From positions 481,992-545,991 of the forward strand of contig CAVXEP010000032.1 in the NCBI GenBank assembly GCA_963760795.1: a DNA stretch of 64,000 nucleotides, written 5' to 3'. Below the pieces are notes generated by a model. It had not been told where the DNA came from and ran no database searches. It saw nothing but the letters and a program-made list of their open reading frames with translations. Of this stretch, positions 40,439 to 50,048 are shown piece after piece. The position numbers and the translations under genes were made by a program. Position 1 is the stretch's first letter, and every line of letters begins with the position of its first letter. The stretch is from an uncultured delta proteobacterium. Its GTDB lineage: Bacteria; Desulfobacterota; Binatia; UBA9968.

Positions 40439-42374
40439 TCAGTCCTTCCAAAGATTATTGGCCGCATACTTGAGCACGACATCGACACAGCTCTGACAGT
40501 AGCCGTTCTCCAGCAAATTCTTGACCATGGCGTTGTATTTGTCCGATTGCTCTTCGTCGCGCATGCGCGACTTGGTGATCACCCGGCTCAAGTCGCGCAC
40601 CGAGGTAATCAGTTTCTTTTCGATGGCTTCTTTGAGTGGCTCGTAACTGCGGTAATCGATCTTTTCGCCGCGCCGGTTGGCAGCCCAAAGGTAGGCGATC
40701 ACTTCCTGGCGAAAACCATCGGCGGCGGAACCGATGATGGCGATCTGCTCTTCAATCGATTTCATGAAGCCTTCGTCCGGCGCTAGCTCTTCCTTGGTGT
40801 TACGGTCTTTGACCTTGCTCTTGTTGATATAGGCTTCGGCGTGGTCGAGATAGTTCTGGAACAGCCCTTCGGCTTGTTCCTGGTAGGAGTAGACGAAGGC
40901 TCGGGTAATCTCCTTTTCCAGCAGCTCAAGATATTCTTTGTGTAGCGTATCCTGGAGAAACTCGAGATACTGTTTCCTGGTGTCGTCGGGCATGTCGGCT
41001 TCCTTGGTCATGTTGATCAAGGCTTCGCGGACGTTGATCGCGTTGATGCAGTTGCCGGCCGTGTTGTCCGACAGCGCATTGTCGAGGGCCTTCATGATAA
41101 AGCGGGTGGAGATGCCGGACATGCCTTCGCGCTTGGTCGCGTCGCGTAACTCTTGAACGTCAACTTTCTTAGTCCGGCCCTTCTCGACGATTTCCTCGCC
41201 GTTATAGAGCTTGAGCTTGGTCATTAGATCGCACTTGGCGGTAGGCTCCAGGCGCGACAGGATCGCGAACATGGAGGCCACCTCCAAAGTATGCGGCGCG
41301 ACATGGGCGCGGAAGTCCGAATGACGGATGATCTTTTGATAAATTTTCACTTCTTCCGAGAGCCGCAGATTGTACGGCACGCGCACCACGACGATGCGGT
41401 CGAGGATCGCTTCGTTGGTGTGGTCGGCCTTGAATTTTTGCCATTCGGCTTCGTTGGAGTGGGCGACGATCACGGTGTCGACGTAGACTAGGCCATGCCG
41501 CCCGGGCGCCGGCACGACTTTCTCTTGGGTCGCGGTGATCATGCAGTGCAGGTATTCGATCTCGTTTTTGAATACCTCGATAAACTCAACCAAGCCGCGG
41601 TTGCCGATATTGAGCGCGCCGTTCAACTCCAAAACTCGCGGATCGCCTTCGGAGTAAAGATCGAGTTTGGAAATATCTTCGCTGCCGATCAGCACCGAGG
41701 TGTCCTGGTTGTTGGGGTCCACCGGCGGCACAACGCCGATGCCGACCCGCGCGCGCTTGGAAAATTCAACCGTGTAGACCGGAAACTCCTCGTATTTGCC
41801 GTTGTACTCATGTTGCAATTTGTAGCGGCACACCGGGCACAGATCGCCTTCGAGGTGCAGGCCGAGCATTTTTTCAAACTCTTTGCGCAGGTGGCGTGGT
41901 ATCAGGTGGAGCGGCTCTTCGAACATCGGGCAGCCTTCGATGCGCATAGATGGCCTCGCTGGCTTCGAGGCCGCGATGGAGTTTTTCGACCAGAGAGCTT
42001 TTTCCCGAGCCCACCGGTCCCATGAGGTAAAGCACTTGGCGGCTCTCTTCGCCCTTGAGCGAGGCGGCGTGAAAGTAGCGGACGATTTGCGAAACGGTTT
42101 TTTCGATGCCAAAGAACTCATCGGCGAAAAAGTCGTAGAGTTTTATGGTTTCATCTTTGTACAACCGCTGGGTGTGCGGGTCGTGCTGCTCATGAATGTC
42201 GCGAACCCCGGCTCTCATCAGAATGTCGTACATGCGGGCGTGGGCGAGCTTGGTGATGCCAGGATCTTCTTTGACTTTCTCTAGGTAGCCCAGCAGATTA
42301 CCGCGCCAAGCGCGCGACTGATGCAGATCGCGGTCGCGTTTGATGAGATCTTCGAACTCCGTGTTATGGTCCAT
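40439..42374 (-). CDS. prkA: PrkA/YeaG serine protein kinase (AAA+); frameshift near 41945
   Basis: GPVGSGKSS, GCPMFEEPL, NRGLVEF, EGMSGISTRF. Confidence 0.92.
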
Positions 42375-42737
42375 GCCAGCAGCCTCCCTTTTTACAATCG
42401 CGTTGGTTAGAGGAAACTTTGAAATTACCAATGGAGCGGCACTGCGCGGGCGCGCAGGCAAAAGCCGGATGGATGGCCCAACAAAGCCGGGTCGGCGCAT
42501 GAACTATGAGCGGTTCGTGCATCACCATGAGCGGACAAATTGACAGTAAGCGGCGCTGGAGCCGATAATGGCTAGGTGGGAAACCTCGGGGTAAGCTATG
42601 GCTCGCATGCGACCTTCTGTTTGGTTAGTCGGCTTGCCGATTCCTTGCTCGTTAGACGATCACAAAAGACTTGATCTTCAGTACACCCGTTGCCTTGCTG
42701 CAAATATTGAAAGCTTATTTGACCTCAAAGTCAAGAT

Positions 42738-42759
42738 AAAATCGCCGCGCGGCGATTTT
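42738..42759. promoter_or_regulatory. Perfect 22-bp palindrome in the divergent prkA/nusG-paralog spacer
   Basis: aaaatcgccgcgcggcgatttt. Confidence 0.5.
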
Positions 42760-42868
42760 CTCCGGTAATAAATCGGCGCCGCGATTATCTATTTTGCTTT
42801 CGTCTGCTACAATTCTAACGTTTCAGCTGAAAAAATTAACGTCGCAGCAGCGGGCATTGCACGAACCG

Positions 42869-43393
42869 ATGATACAACAAGCCTTACAAATCGAACCAGG
42901 ACTCAGATGGTACGCCATTCAAACCAAACTCAATCGTGAACGGGATGTCGAGAAGCGCTTGACGAATTTACATCTTGAAGTGTTTTTGCCAAGGATGCAG
43001 GCGCGCCGGCGGATCGGCAGGAAGTTCCATTGGGTCAAAGTGCCGCTTTTCCCAGGATATGTTTTCACCCGTCTCGATATGGCGGTGTCAGGTAGGATGG
43101 CGCGCTATGCGCCGGGTGTAAAGGATTTTCTTACCTTCGGTAGCCAGGTTGCCGAGGTCGGCGTAGATATCATCGAAGCGCTGCGTGATCGCTGTCCCGG
43201 CGGTGTGGCGCATATCGATCGGGTGAACGCCAAACCTGGTGACACCGTACGCATCAATGAAGGACCGTTTTCCGGTCTGGAGGCGGTCTTTGAGCAAACG
43301 TTGAAGAGCAGCGAGCGGGTGGCGGTCTTACTAGAAATTCTCGGACGGCAAACCCGCATCGTTCTCGCCAGCGAGACCATTGCCAAGGTCTAG
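42869..43393 (+). CDS. NusG paralog (RfaH/UpxY-like transcription antiterminator)
   Basis: WYAIQTK, PLFPGYVF, KOW GDTVRINEGPFSG, RVAVLLEILG; not in secE-rplK context. Confidence 0.85.
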   Translation: MIQQALQIEPGLRWYAIQTKLNRERDVEKRLTNLHLEVFLPRMQARRRIGRKFHWVKVPLFPGYVFTRLDMAVSGRMARYAPGVKDFLTFGSQVAEVGVDIIEALRDRCPGGVAHIDRVNAKPGDTVRINEGPFSGLEAVFEQTLKSSERVAVLLEILGRQTRIVLASETIAKV

Positions 43394-43536
43394 CTTTAGG
43401 TTGGTTGGCACCGCGGAAAAATTTAGATTCCGATCGAGTGCTGGGAGCGCACGCGCCGAAGCTTTCTTGACAGCGAGCGATGCCGCCTGATAAATCGAGG
43501 CTTCTTGTTTGAATCAACCAAGGATAGGGGAGTGCC

Positions 43537-46056
43537 ATGAATCGGCAGAGTTGGCATAGATGGTTGCTGCTTCTGGTTAGCGGTGTCTTCGGCGCTCTGC
43601 TGATTGGCGAATCGTTTTTCTCGTCGGGCCGCTGGATTGGCCAGCCATTTCCCGGCTTCTTCGTTCATGAAAACCTGACAGTTGGGCCCTATGCGTTACC
43701 GGGTTGGTCCGGCACCGCGGCGGGACTTGAGTCTTTGGACCATATCGTCGCCGTCGGCGGGCGGCCGCTGGATGGTCGTGCCGATTTTTACGCGTCAGTG
43801 CGCAGTGTGCCGATCGGCACGCCGCTGCGCTATCGTATCCTGCGTAACGGCCAAGCGCTCGACGTGGCGGTGCCGACTATGACATTTGGCCTGCGCGATT
43901 GGCTGCTCAGTTTCGGTGTCTATATCGCCATCGGTGTGGCGTTCCTGGTGATGGGTACCGCCCCGTATATGTTCCGCGCGGCGACCCCGGTGGCTTTGCC
44001 GCTCTGCTTCATGGTGCTGACGGTGTTCGTCTGGTTCCAGACCACTTTCGATTTTATGACCGAAGCGGTGCTGCCCAAGGAGCTGCGGATTTTTGCTCTG
44101 ACCTTAACCCCCAGCGCGGCGATTCATTTGGCCCTGATGTTGAGCCGGTCCGAAGCGCAGCCCATGCTACGACCGCGTTTCGTGGCGGTGCTTTACGGCG
44201 TCGGCCTGGCCTTGGGGGCGATGAATAGTCTGACATTTTTCGGCCCTCTGGAAACTTGGGTGCAACATTTCCGCGCGGGTTACCTTTATGTTTGCATCGG
44301 CGCGCTGTGTTTTCTCGCTATCACCGGCCGCGCCCTGCGGCAAAGTTCATCGGATCTCGAACGCTCGCGTTTGCGGGTGATGTTCGTCGGTGCGCTGCTG
44401 GGATTCCTGGTGCCGGGACTGACCACGGTGCTGACCAGTTCTTACCAACTGAAGATTCCCTATAATTTGGCCTTGGTGCCGACGGTGTTTTTCCCGATCT
44501 CGATCGCGTATGCGTTGCTCAAATATAGCCTGTTCGATCTCGGTAACGCCCTGCGGGTTACGGTCAGCCGCATCGCGCTCATGGGGATATTTATCGGCGT
44601 CTACGCGGTGGTTGCCCTGCTGCTCGCCCCTTGGGCCGGCCAGTACGCCAAGGAACCGCTGATTCCGATTCTGTTTTCTATTTTGGTCGTGGCGATCTTC
44701 AATCCGTTGCTGCGCTGGCTCGAACATGTCGTCGACCGCTTCGTATACCGCCAGGATTACGACCCGGCACAGGTTCAGGAGGCAACCAGCCTGTTTCTCC
44801 GTAGCCTGGACGCCGCGCCGGCGCTGGCCCAAGGGTTCGTCGATCATGTCTGTAAGCCGCTGCGCATCGACAGCGCGGTGCTGGTTTACCGGCCGAAGAA
44901 TTCTCCCGAATTGGTTTGCGCCTTGCGCCAAAAGACCGCGCAAGATGAGGCGCTACTGGCGTCCGACAGCGATTATTTGGCCGGTCTTTTGGATGCCGCC
45001 GATGCCCGTGGCATGAGCCGCAGCGAGATTTCCAATCACCCGCGCTTCGCCGAAAAGCGCGCCGCGCTGCTCGACATCTTTGGCCGCTGGCACGCCGAAT
45101 TGCTCATGCCGCTGGTTTACGAACGGGCGGTGCGTGGTTTCGTTTGTTTTGGCGCGAAATGGTCCGGCGGCGAGTATGGCGCGGAGGACTTCCGCTTGCT
45201 GCGGACTTTAACCGATCAATTGGCGCTGTCGTTGGAAAATGGCCGGCTATATCAAGAGTCGGTGGAAGCACGCCAACGGGTCGAGGCGAGCAACCGGAAA
45301 TTGATCGAGATGGACCGCGTCAAGAAGGATTTCGTCGCGAATATTTGCCACGAGTTGCGCACGCCGGTGAGCACCATCATCGGCTTTAGCGAAGTTCTGC
45401 GTGAAAGCGGTATTAACGGCAGCGGTCGGGAGATACTCGACCGGCTGGTCAACAACGGCCAAGAGCTGTCCCATCTGATGGATAACTTGATGAATTATTC
45501 GCGCATGGAAGCCGATAGCGGCGCGACGCAGGTGGAGATCGTCAAGTTGAAGGAGATTCTCGGCGGCTTGGAGATGATGACTCAGCGCTTGATCCGCCAA
45601 CGGCCGATCCAGTTCGGTATTCACATGGAGCCGGCCATCGAGACCATCGAGAGCGATGGCCCGAAGCTCCAGCAGATATTGCTGGAACTGATTACCAACG
45701 CGCTCAAGTTCACCGAGAAGGGCAAGATCGAGCTGCGGATCCGCCGTATCGAGGAAAGCGGCGGCGAGTTTTTGGAGATTGCCATCGCCGATACCGGCAT
45801 CGGTATTCGGCGCGAGGATCAGCAGGTGATTTTCGAAGACTTCCGCCAGCTCGACGGCTCGTCGACCCGCCAGTATGGTGGAACCGGTGTCGGACTTGGA
45901 CTTTGTAAAAAACTCGCCGCGGCGCTCGGCGGCGAGATTCACCTGCGCAGCGAGGTGGGCGTGGGCAGTGTGTTTAGCTTACGCTTGCCGCTCAAACCCG
46001 TGACGCCGCGCGCGGGCCGGCCGGCTTTGGCTCCGACGAGCGGTCTGTTGCAATGA
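43537..46056 (+). CDS. Membrane sensor histidine kinase (PDZ, multi-TM, GAF, HisKA, HATPase)
   Basis: AGLESLDHIVAVGG PDZ-like segment, many TM helices, CHELRTP, DTGIG, GGTGVGLG. Confidence 0.9.
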   Translation: MNRQSWHRWLLLLVSGVFGALLIGESFFSSGRWIGQPFPGFFVHENLTVGPYALPGWSGTAAGLESLDHIVAVGGRPLDGRADFYASVRSVPIGTPLRYRILRNGQALDVAVPTMTFGLRDWLLSFGVYIAIGVAFLVMGTAPYMFRAATPVALPLCFMVLTVFVWFQTTFDFMTEAVLPKELRIFALTLTPSAAIHLALMLSRSEAQPMLRPRFVAVLYGVGLALGAMNSLTFFGPLETWVQHFRAGYLYVCIGALCFLAITGRALRQSSSDLERSRLRVMFVGALLGFLVPGLTTVLTSSYQLKIPYNLALVPTVFFPISIAYALLKYSLFDLGNALRVTVSRIALMGIFIGVYAVVALLLAPWAGQYAKEPLIPILFSILVVAIFNPLLRWLEHVVDRFVYRQDYDPAQVQEATSLFLRSLDAAPALAQGFVDHVCKPLRIDSAVLVYRPKNSPELVCALRQKTAQDEALLASDSDYLAGLLDAADARGMSRSEISNHPRFAEKRAALLDIFGRWHAELLMPLVYERAVRGFVCFGAKWSGGEYGAEDFRLLRTLTDQLALSLENGRLYQESVEARQRVEASNRKLIEMDRVKKDFVANICHELRTPVSTIIGFSEVLRESGINGSGREILDRLVNNGQELSHLMDNLMNYSRMEADSGATQVEIVKLKEILGGLEMMTQRLIRQRPIQFGIHMEPAIETIESDGPKLQQILLELITNALKFTEKGKIELRIRRIEESGGEFLEIAIADTGIGIRREDQQVIFEDFRQLDGSSTRQYGGTGVGLGLCKKLAAALGGEIHLRSEVGVGSVFSLRLPLKPVTPRAGRPALAPTSGLLQ

Positions 46057-46112
46057 TCGATCGACCATGACCTAAGAACGGCCAGTCGCCTCGTGAAAGG
46101 ATAACAGATATT

Positions 46113-46826
46113 ATGCCAAACTTACGTCAACTGGTTATCGCCGCCGAAGACCCTGAGCGACTCGCCAAGTTTTATCAAGAGGTTTTCGATCTCGAAAAGA
46201 TCGATGACAACCAGGGGGCGCTATTTCTTTCCGACGGTATTTTCAATTTGGGTTTGCTACCCGAACCGGATCCTGCCAAGTGCGGCTTTCGCTATCTTGG
46301 CTTCGATACCGCGCGGGTCGAGTCGATCCGTAACAAGCTCAGCCATGTAGGCATGGCGGATAGTGAGGTTTGCGAGGTCAATTCGCCCGCGACCATCGAT
46401 CACGAGCTTAAGGATCCCGACGGCAATACCGTTGGCGTATCCCGCCGCGCCTTCGACGTCGCCTACGCCGCCCGGCCGGTGCCGATTCGTCACATTGCGT
46501 TGTACACGCCGAATCCCCAGAAGCTGGCGGACTTCTACTGCAAAGTCCTCGACATGAAAGAAGTCGAACGCACCGACCGCTCGTCGATCTTTGTTTCTGA
46601 CGGTTACTTCAATCTCGCCTTGCTCTACCAGCGCAAGGAAGAGCCCATGGGGCTCAACCACTTTGGCTTCCACGTGCAGAGCAATGAGGAGATGCAGAGT
46701 AGGGCTGAGAGGGCAGGCGTACGCCGTGGCGCCAAGCGGCCCGAGCGTATCCCGTTCGCCGAGTATCGCGTCCACGATCCCGAAGGTAACGGCATCGATA
46801 TCTCGCAGAAGGGTTGGCGGGTTTAA
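46113..46826 (+). CDS. VOC/glyoxalase family protein with two domains
   Basis: Duplicated units LAKFYQEVF/LADFYCKVL, SDGIFNL/SDGYFNL, DPDGN/DPEGN. Confidence 0.85.
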   Translation: MPNLRQLVIAAEDPERLAKFYQEVFDLEKIDDNQGALFLSDGIFNLGLLPEPDPAKCGFRYLGFDTARVESIRNKLSHVGMADSEVCEVNSPATIDHELKDPDGNTVGVSRRAFDVAYAARPVPIRHIALYTPNPQKLADFYCKVLDMKEVERTDRSSIFVSDGYFNLALLYQRKEEPMGLNHFGFHVQSNEEMQSRAERAGVRRGAKRPERIPFAEYRVHDPEGNGIDISQKGWRV

Positions 46827-46852
46827 ACATCAAGAACGGAAGAAGGGCAAAA

Positions 46853-46888
46853 CGTTCCAGCCGTTCAAGGCGTTCAAAACGTTTCGGA
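46853..46888 (+). repeat. Short 9-bp tandem repeat, four copies
   Basis: cgttccagc cgttcaagg cgttcaaaa cgtttcgga. Confidence 0.45.
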
Positions 46889-46912
46889 AAAACTTAGGAT
46901 GCCGCGCAGACT

Positions 46913-47561
46913 ATGAACGGTGACGAATTCTTGCAGGAAATACTTGCGCCGGTGCATGAGTTTTGTCATGTGCTCGATGGTAATCCGCCGGCGTACTCCT
47001 ATGTGCCACTGCGCTCCGATGAGGAACGCATCAGGGTCATGAAGAGCCGGCTATGTTAATGAGCTGCGCGCCGCCGATCTTTTTGGTACTTGGCTTAAAA
47101 CCACTCCCGAACTCGATGTCAAAGCGACCATGGCCGAATCGGCCCATGAAGAGATGGCTCATGCGCAATTGCTAGCCAAGCGCATGAGCGACTTGGGCGC
47201 CGAGCCGTTCGATTATAATCCACTGCCGGCGCAGATCGCCATGTTCAATGCTATGGAGGGTTTGAACGAGACCTGCGAGCGCATCGCCGGTTTTTCGCTG
47301 GCGGGGGAGACCGTCGCCAACTATTTGATTCAGATGTGCCTCAAGTCCCCGGCCGTGCCGGAGTGGATCAAGCAGCCCTATCGAAAAATCACCGAAGACG
47401 AAGAAGGGCACGGCAGCGTTCCCCAGCTGTTTCTCAAACGTTACGCCACCACTGAAGAACGCCAGGATCGGGTGCGCCGCGCGGTGGCCATGCGCATGGT
47501 GCTGTTCCGCGAATATCTCGCCAGTCTCGACCGCTGGGCGATGGGCCAGGATCGCTGGTAA
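46913..47561 (+). CDS. Ferritin-like di-iron domain protein; frameshift near 47055
   Basis: MNGDEFLQEIL...MKSRL then NELRAADLFG...EEMAH, LAGE, DEEGH (two ExxH motifs). Confidence 0.75.
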
Positions 47562-47653
47562 ATTATTCGGTTTTCTTATCGATCTGCGCTGGTTTCTGCT
47601 TGTAGTCTAGCCGCTCCTTCCGCTATATCCACTGGTATCGGTTTGGAGGGGCA

Positions 47654-48583
47654 ATGAAGATTCTTTTTTTTGACGATTTCAAACTCGGCGTGCTTAAAGG
47701 CGACAGCGTCGTGGATGTCTCCCAGGCGGTGAAAGACATTCCACACACCGGGCCGCATAATCTTATCAGCGGCTTGATCGAACGATTCGCCGATTATCGT
47801 GGCGCCCTTGAAAAAGCGCTGGCGGCTGGCAGCGGCGTGGCGCTCAAGAGCGTGCGGATTCGGCCGCCGCTGCCCAAGCCGGTCAACATTGACTGCATGG
47901 CGGTTAACTATATGGAGGACGGCACGCGCAAAGAGCCGGCGCCGATCAACGCTTTTCACAAGTCGCCAAACTCGGTCATCGGCGACGGCGATACCATGAT
48001 TCTACCCGATGTGCCGGCGCCGATCTTCGAAGGCGAAGCCGAGTTAGCTCTCGTGATCGGCAAGCGCGCCGACAATGTCCCGGCAGCCCAGGCGATGGAT
48101 TATGTCTTTGGCTATATGAATTTCATCGACGGTTCGGCGCGCGGTCTGCCGCCGGCCGGCAATACTTTTTACCAGATGAAATCGCGGGCGACTTTCGCGC
48201 CCACCGGGCCGTTTATCGTCACCGCCGATGAAATCACCGATCCGCATAATCTTCAGGTGCGGCTGTGGAACAACGGCGTGTTGATGCAGAACTATCACAC
48301 CAGCGACATGGCCCATAAAATTCCCCGCTGCATTGAATGGGTGAGCTCGATTCATCCGTTGGAGCCGGGCGATATTTTAGCTTTGGGTACGAATCACCGC
48401 GGCCTCAATCCATTTCAAGACGGCGATGCGATTGAGATCGAAACCGAGCCGTTGGGCCGGTTGCAGGTGAAGGTCCGCGACCAGCTCAAGCGCACTTGGG
48501 CGCGGGAGACGCGTTTGCAGCGGCAAGAAAAAGGCCAGGAAGGGTTCACACCGCAGCTCACCGGTAAGTATGCCAAGGAGTAG
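47654..48583 (+). CDS. Fumarylacetoacetate hydrolase family protein
   Basis: AVNY, EAELALVIG, FAPTGP, LEPGDILALGT. Confidence 0.88.
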   Translation: MKILFFDDFKLGVLKGDSVVDVSQAVKDIPHTGPHNLISGLIERFADYRGALEKALAAGSGVALKSVRIRPPLPKPVNIDCMAVNYMEDGTRKEPAPINAFHKSPNSVIGDGDTMILPDVPAPIFEGEAELALVIGKRADNVPAAQAMDYVFGYMNFIDGSARGLPPAGNTFYQMKSRATFAPTGPFIVTADEITDPHNLQVRLWNNGVLMQNYHTSDMAHKIPRCIEWVSSIHPLEPGDILALGTNHRGLNPFQDGDAIEIETEPLGRLQVKVRDQLKRTWARETRLQRQEKGQEGFTPQLTGKYAKE

Positions 48584-48738
48584 ATGGCTGTTTGTGGTTT
48601 GTGATCGTGCTCATGAAGCTGGTGGTATGGCCCTCAGGGCACCGGCGACTTCGACGCCGGCGGAAAAGCGCTGACTCCTCGCGTTAACTATTCGACTCCT
48701 TCAGGTATGCGAGTGTGCTGGCCCGTTTGAGGTGACGC

Positions 48739-49767
48739 ATGCGTTTGGGAATTGGAGCATGGAAATGTTTCGCCGTTTTATCGATTCTCTGTGCATTCGA
48801 TCCCGGGCAAAGTTACGCGGATGATATCGTTCACATGGTCTATGGCGGTCACAACGAAACCATCGGACCCTACTGGGTGGCGATCGATAAAGGAATTTAT
48901 CAAAAGCATGGTATCGACGCGCGCTTGCTTCAAGTGCGCAATGCGCAAATCAGTTTAGCCGCGCTGGTGTCCGGCGAAGTGCCGATCTTTCTGCCATCCG
49001 TCGCCAACGTGCTGAGCGGCGTGTCGGCAGGGGCGAAGCTTGGCTGCGGCGCATTTCCGATCAAGGGAATTTCCCGTGAGCTGGTGGTGCGCAAGGATAT
49101 CGAATCATTGGCGGCGCTGCGCGGCAAATCCCTTGGTGTGCAAAGTATCGGCGGCGGCTTCTGGTTGCAGAGCATGATGGTGTTGGACGGCGTCGGCGTC
49201 GACCCGGACAAGATCGGCATGAAAATGCGCGTCATCGGCGAGGAGCCGACCATCGTTCAAGCGTTGCTGGCGGGAAACATTGACGCTGCGGTTGTCACTT
49301 TGCCCTCGGCTGCCGTGGCGAAGCGGGGCGGCATGCGCTCGTTGGTCAACTCGACGGATATGCGCATTCCCTTGCAGACCGTCGGGCTCTGTGGCCGCAG
49401 CGAGCGCTTCGCGGCAGCGCCGGAGCTCATGACACGGCTTGCCAAAGGTCTGATCGATGCGATCGGTTTTATTTTAAACACGCGTAACAAACGGGAAGTC
49501 GCCGAGGTGATGAAAAAGCATTTGCGGTTGAACAGCGACGAAGATGCCGAGATCTCCTACCAGTCGCTGCGCTCGATCACCAGCCTCGATATCGCGCCGG
49601 ACCCCGCGGCTTGGAAGAACGTGCAAAGGTTCATCGCCCGGGTCAACCCTAGAGCCGGGCAACTCGATGTCAATGATTCGATCAATTTGAGCATAATGAA
49701 GGCGCTTGAAGAAAACGGCTATCTCGCAGAGGCTAGAAGAAACCTTGCGTCGCAAGCTGGGCGTTGA
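48739..49767 (+). CDS. NitT/TauT ABC substrate-binding protein
   Basis: WVAIDKGIYQKHGID, LRGKSLGV, ALLAGNIDA. Confidence 0.83.
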   Translation: MRLGIGAWKCFAVLSILCAFDPGQSYADDIVHMVYGGHNETIGPYWVAIDKGIYQKHGIDARLLQVRNAQISLAALVSGEVPIFLPSVANVLSGVSAGAKLGCGAFPIKGISRELVVRKDIESLAALRGKSLGVQSIGGGFWLQSMMVLDGVGVDPDKIGMKMRVIGEEPTIVQALLAGNIDAAVVTLPSAAVAKRGGMRSLVNSTDMRIPLQTVGLCGRSERFAAAPELMTRLAKGLIDAIGFILNTRNKREVAEVMKKHLRLNSDEDAEISYQSLRSITSLDIAPDPAAWKNVQRFIARVNPRAGQLDVNDSINLSIMKALEENGYLAEARRNLASQAGR

Positions 49768-50048
49768 TTGTAAACTGATACGGACTCAGCGCAAACCCAT
49801 CGATCCGGTGAACCGGATTGGACAACCACGCCGCCATCATATATATACGCAAAATTAGCGTAGACCCGAGCCGCCCCTTTGGGTGCCTTACCGAATGGGT
49901 TTCGACATAGCGCATAAAAGCCACATAGTAGAAAATGACAAACAGAAAGCTAAGTCGAAGTCCGAGTAAAGCCGCACTTCGATCGTCTCGAGAACATGAA
50001 CAAACAGGGCCTCATAATCCGATAATCAATTCGGCGCGGGAGCGATAA

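Noticed and set aside
37769-42374. Sporulation capacity inferred from spoVR/prkA/yhbH
   Set aside because: This triad is widespread in non-sporulating bacteria (yeaG, yeaH, ycgB) as a stress module
49781-49964. 6S RNA, given the roughly 180-nt span with paired ends
   Set aside because: Internal pairing is strongly asymmetric and lacks the central bubble geometry
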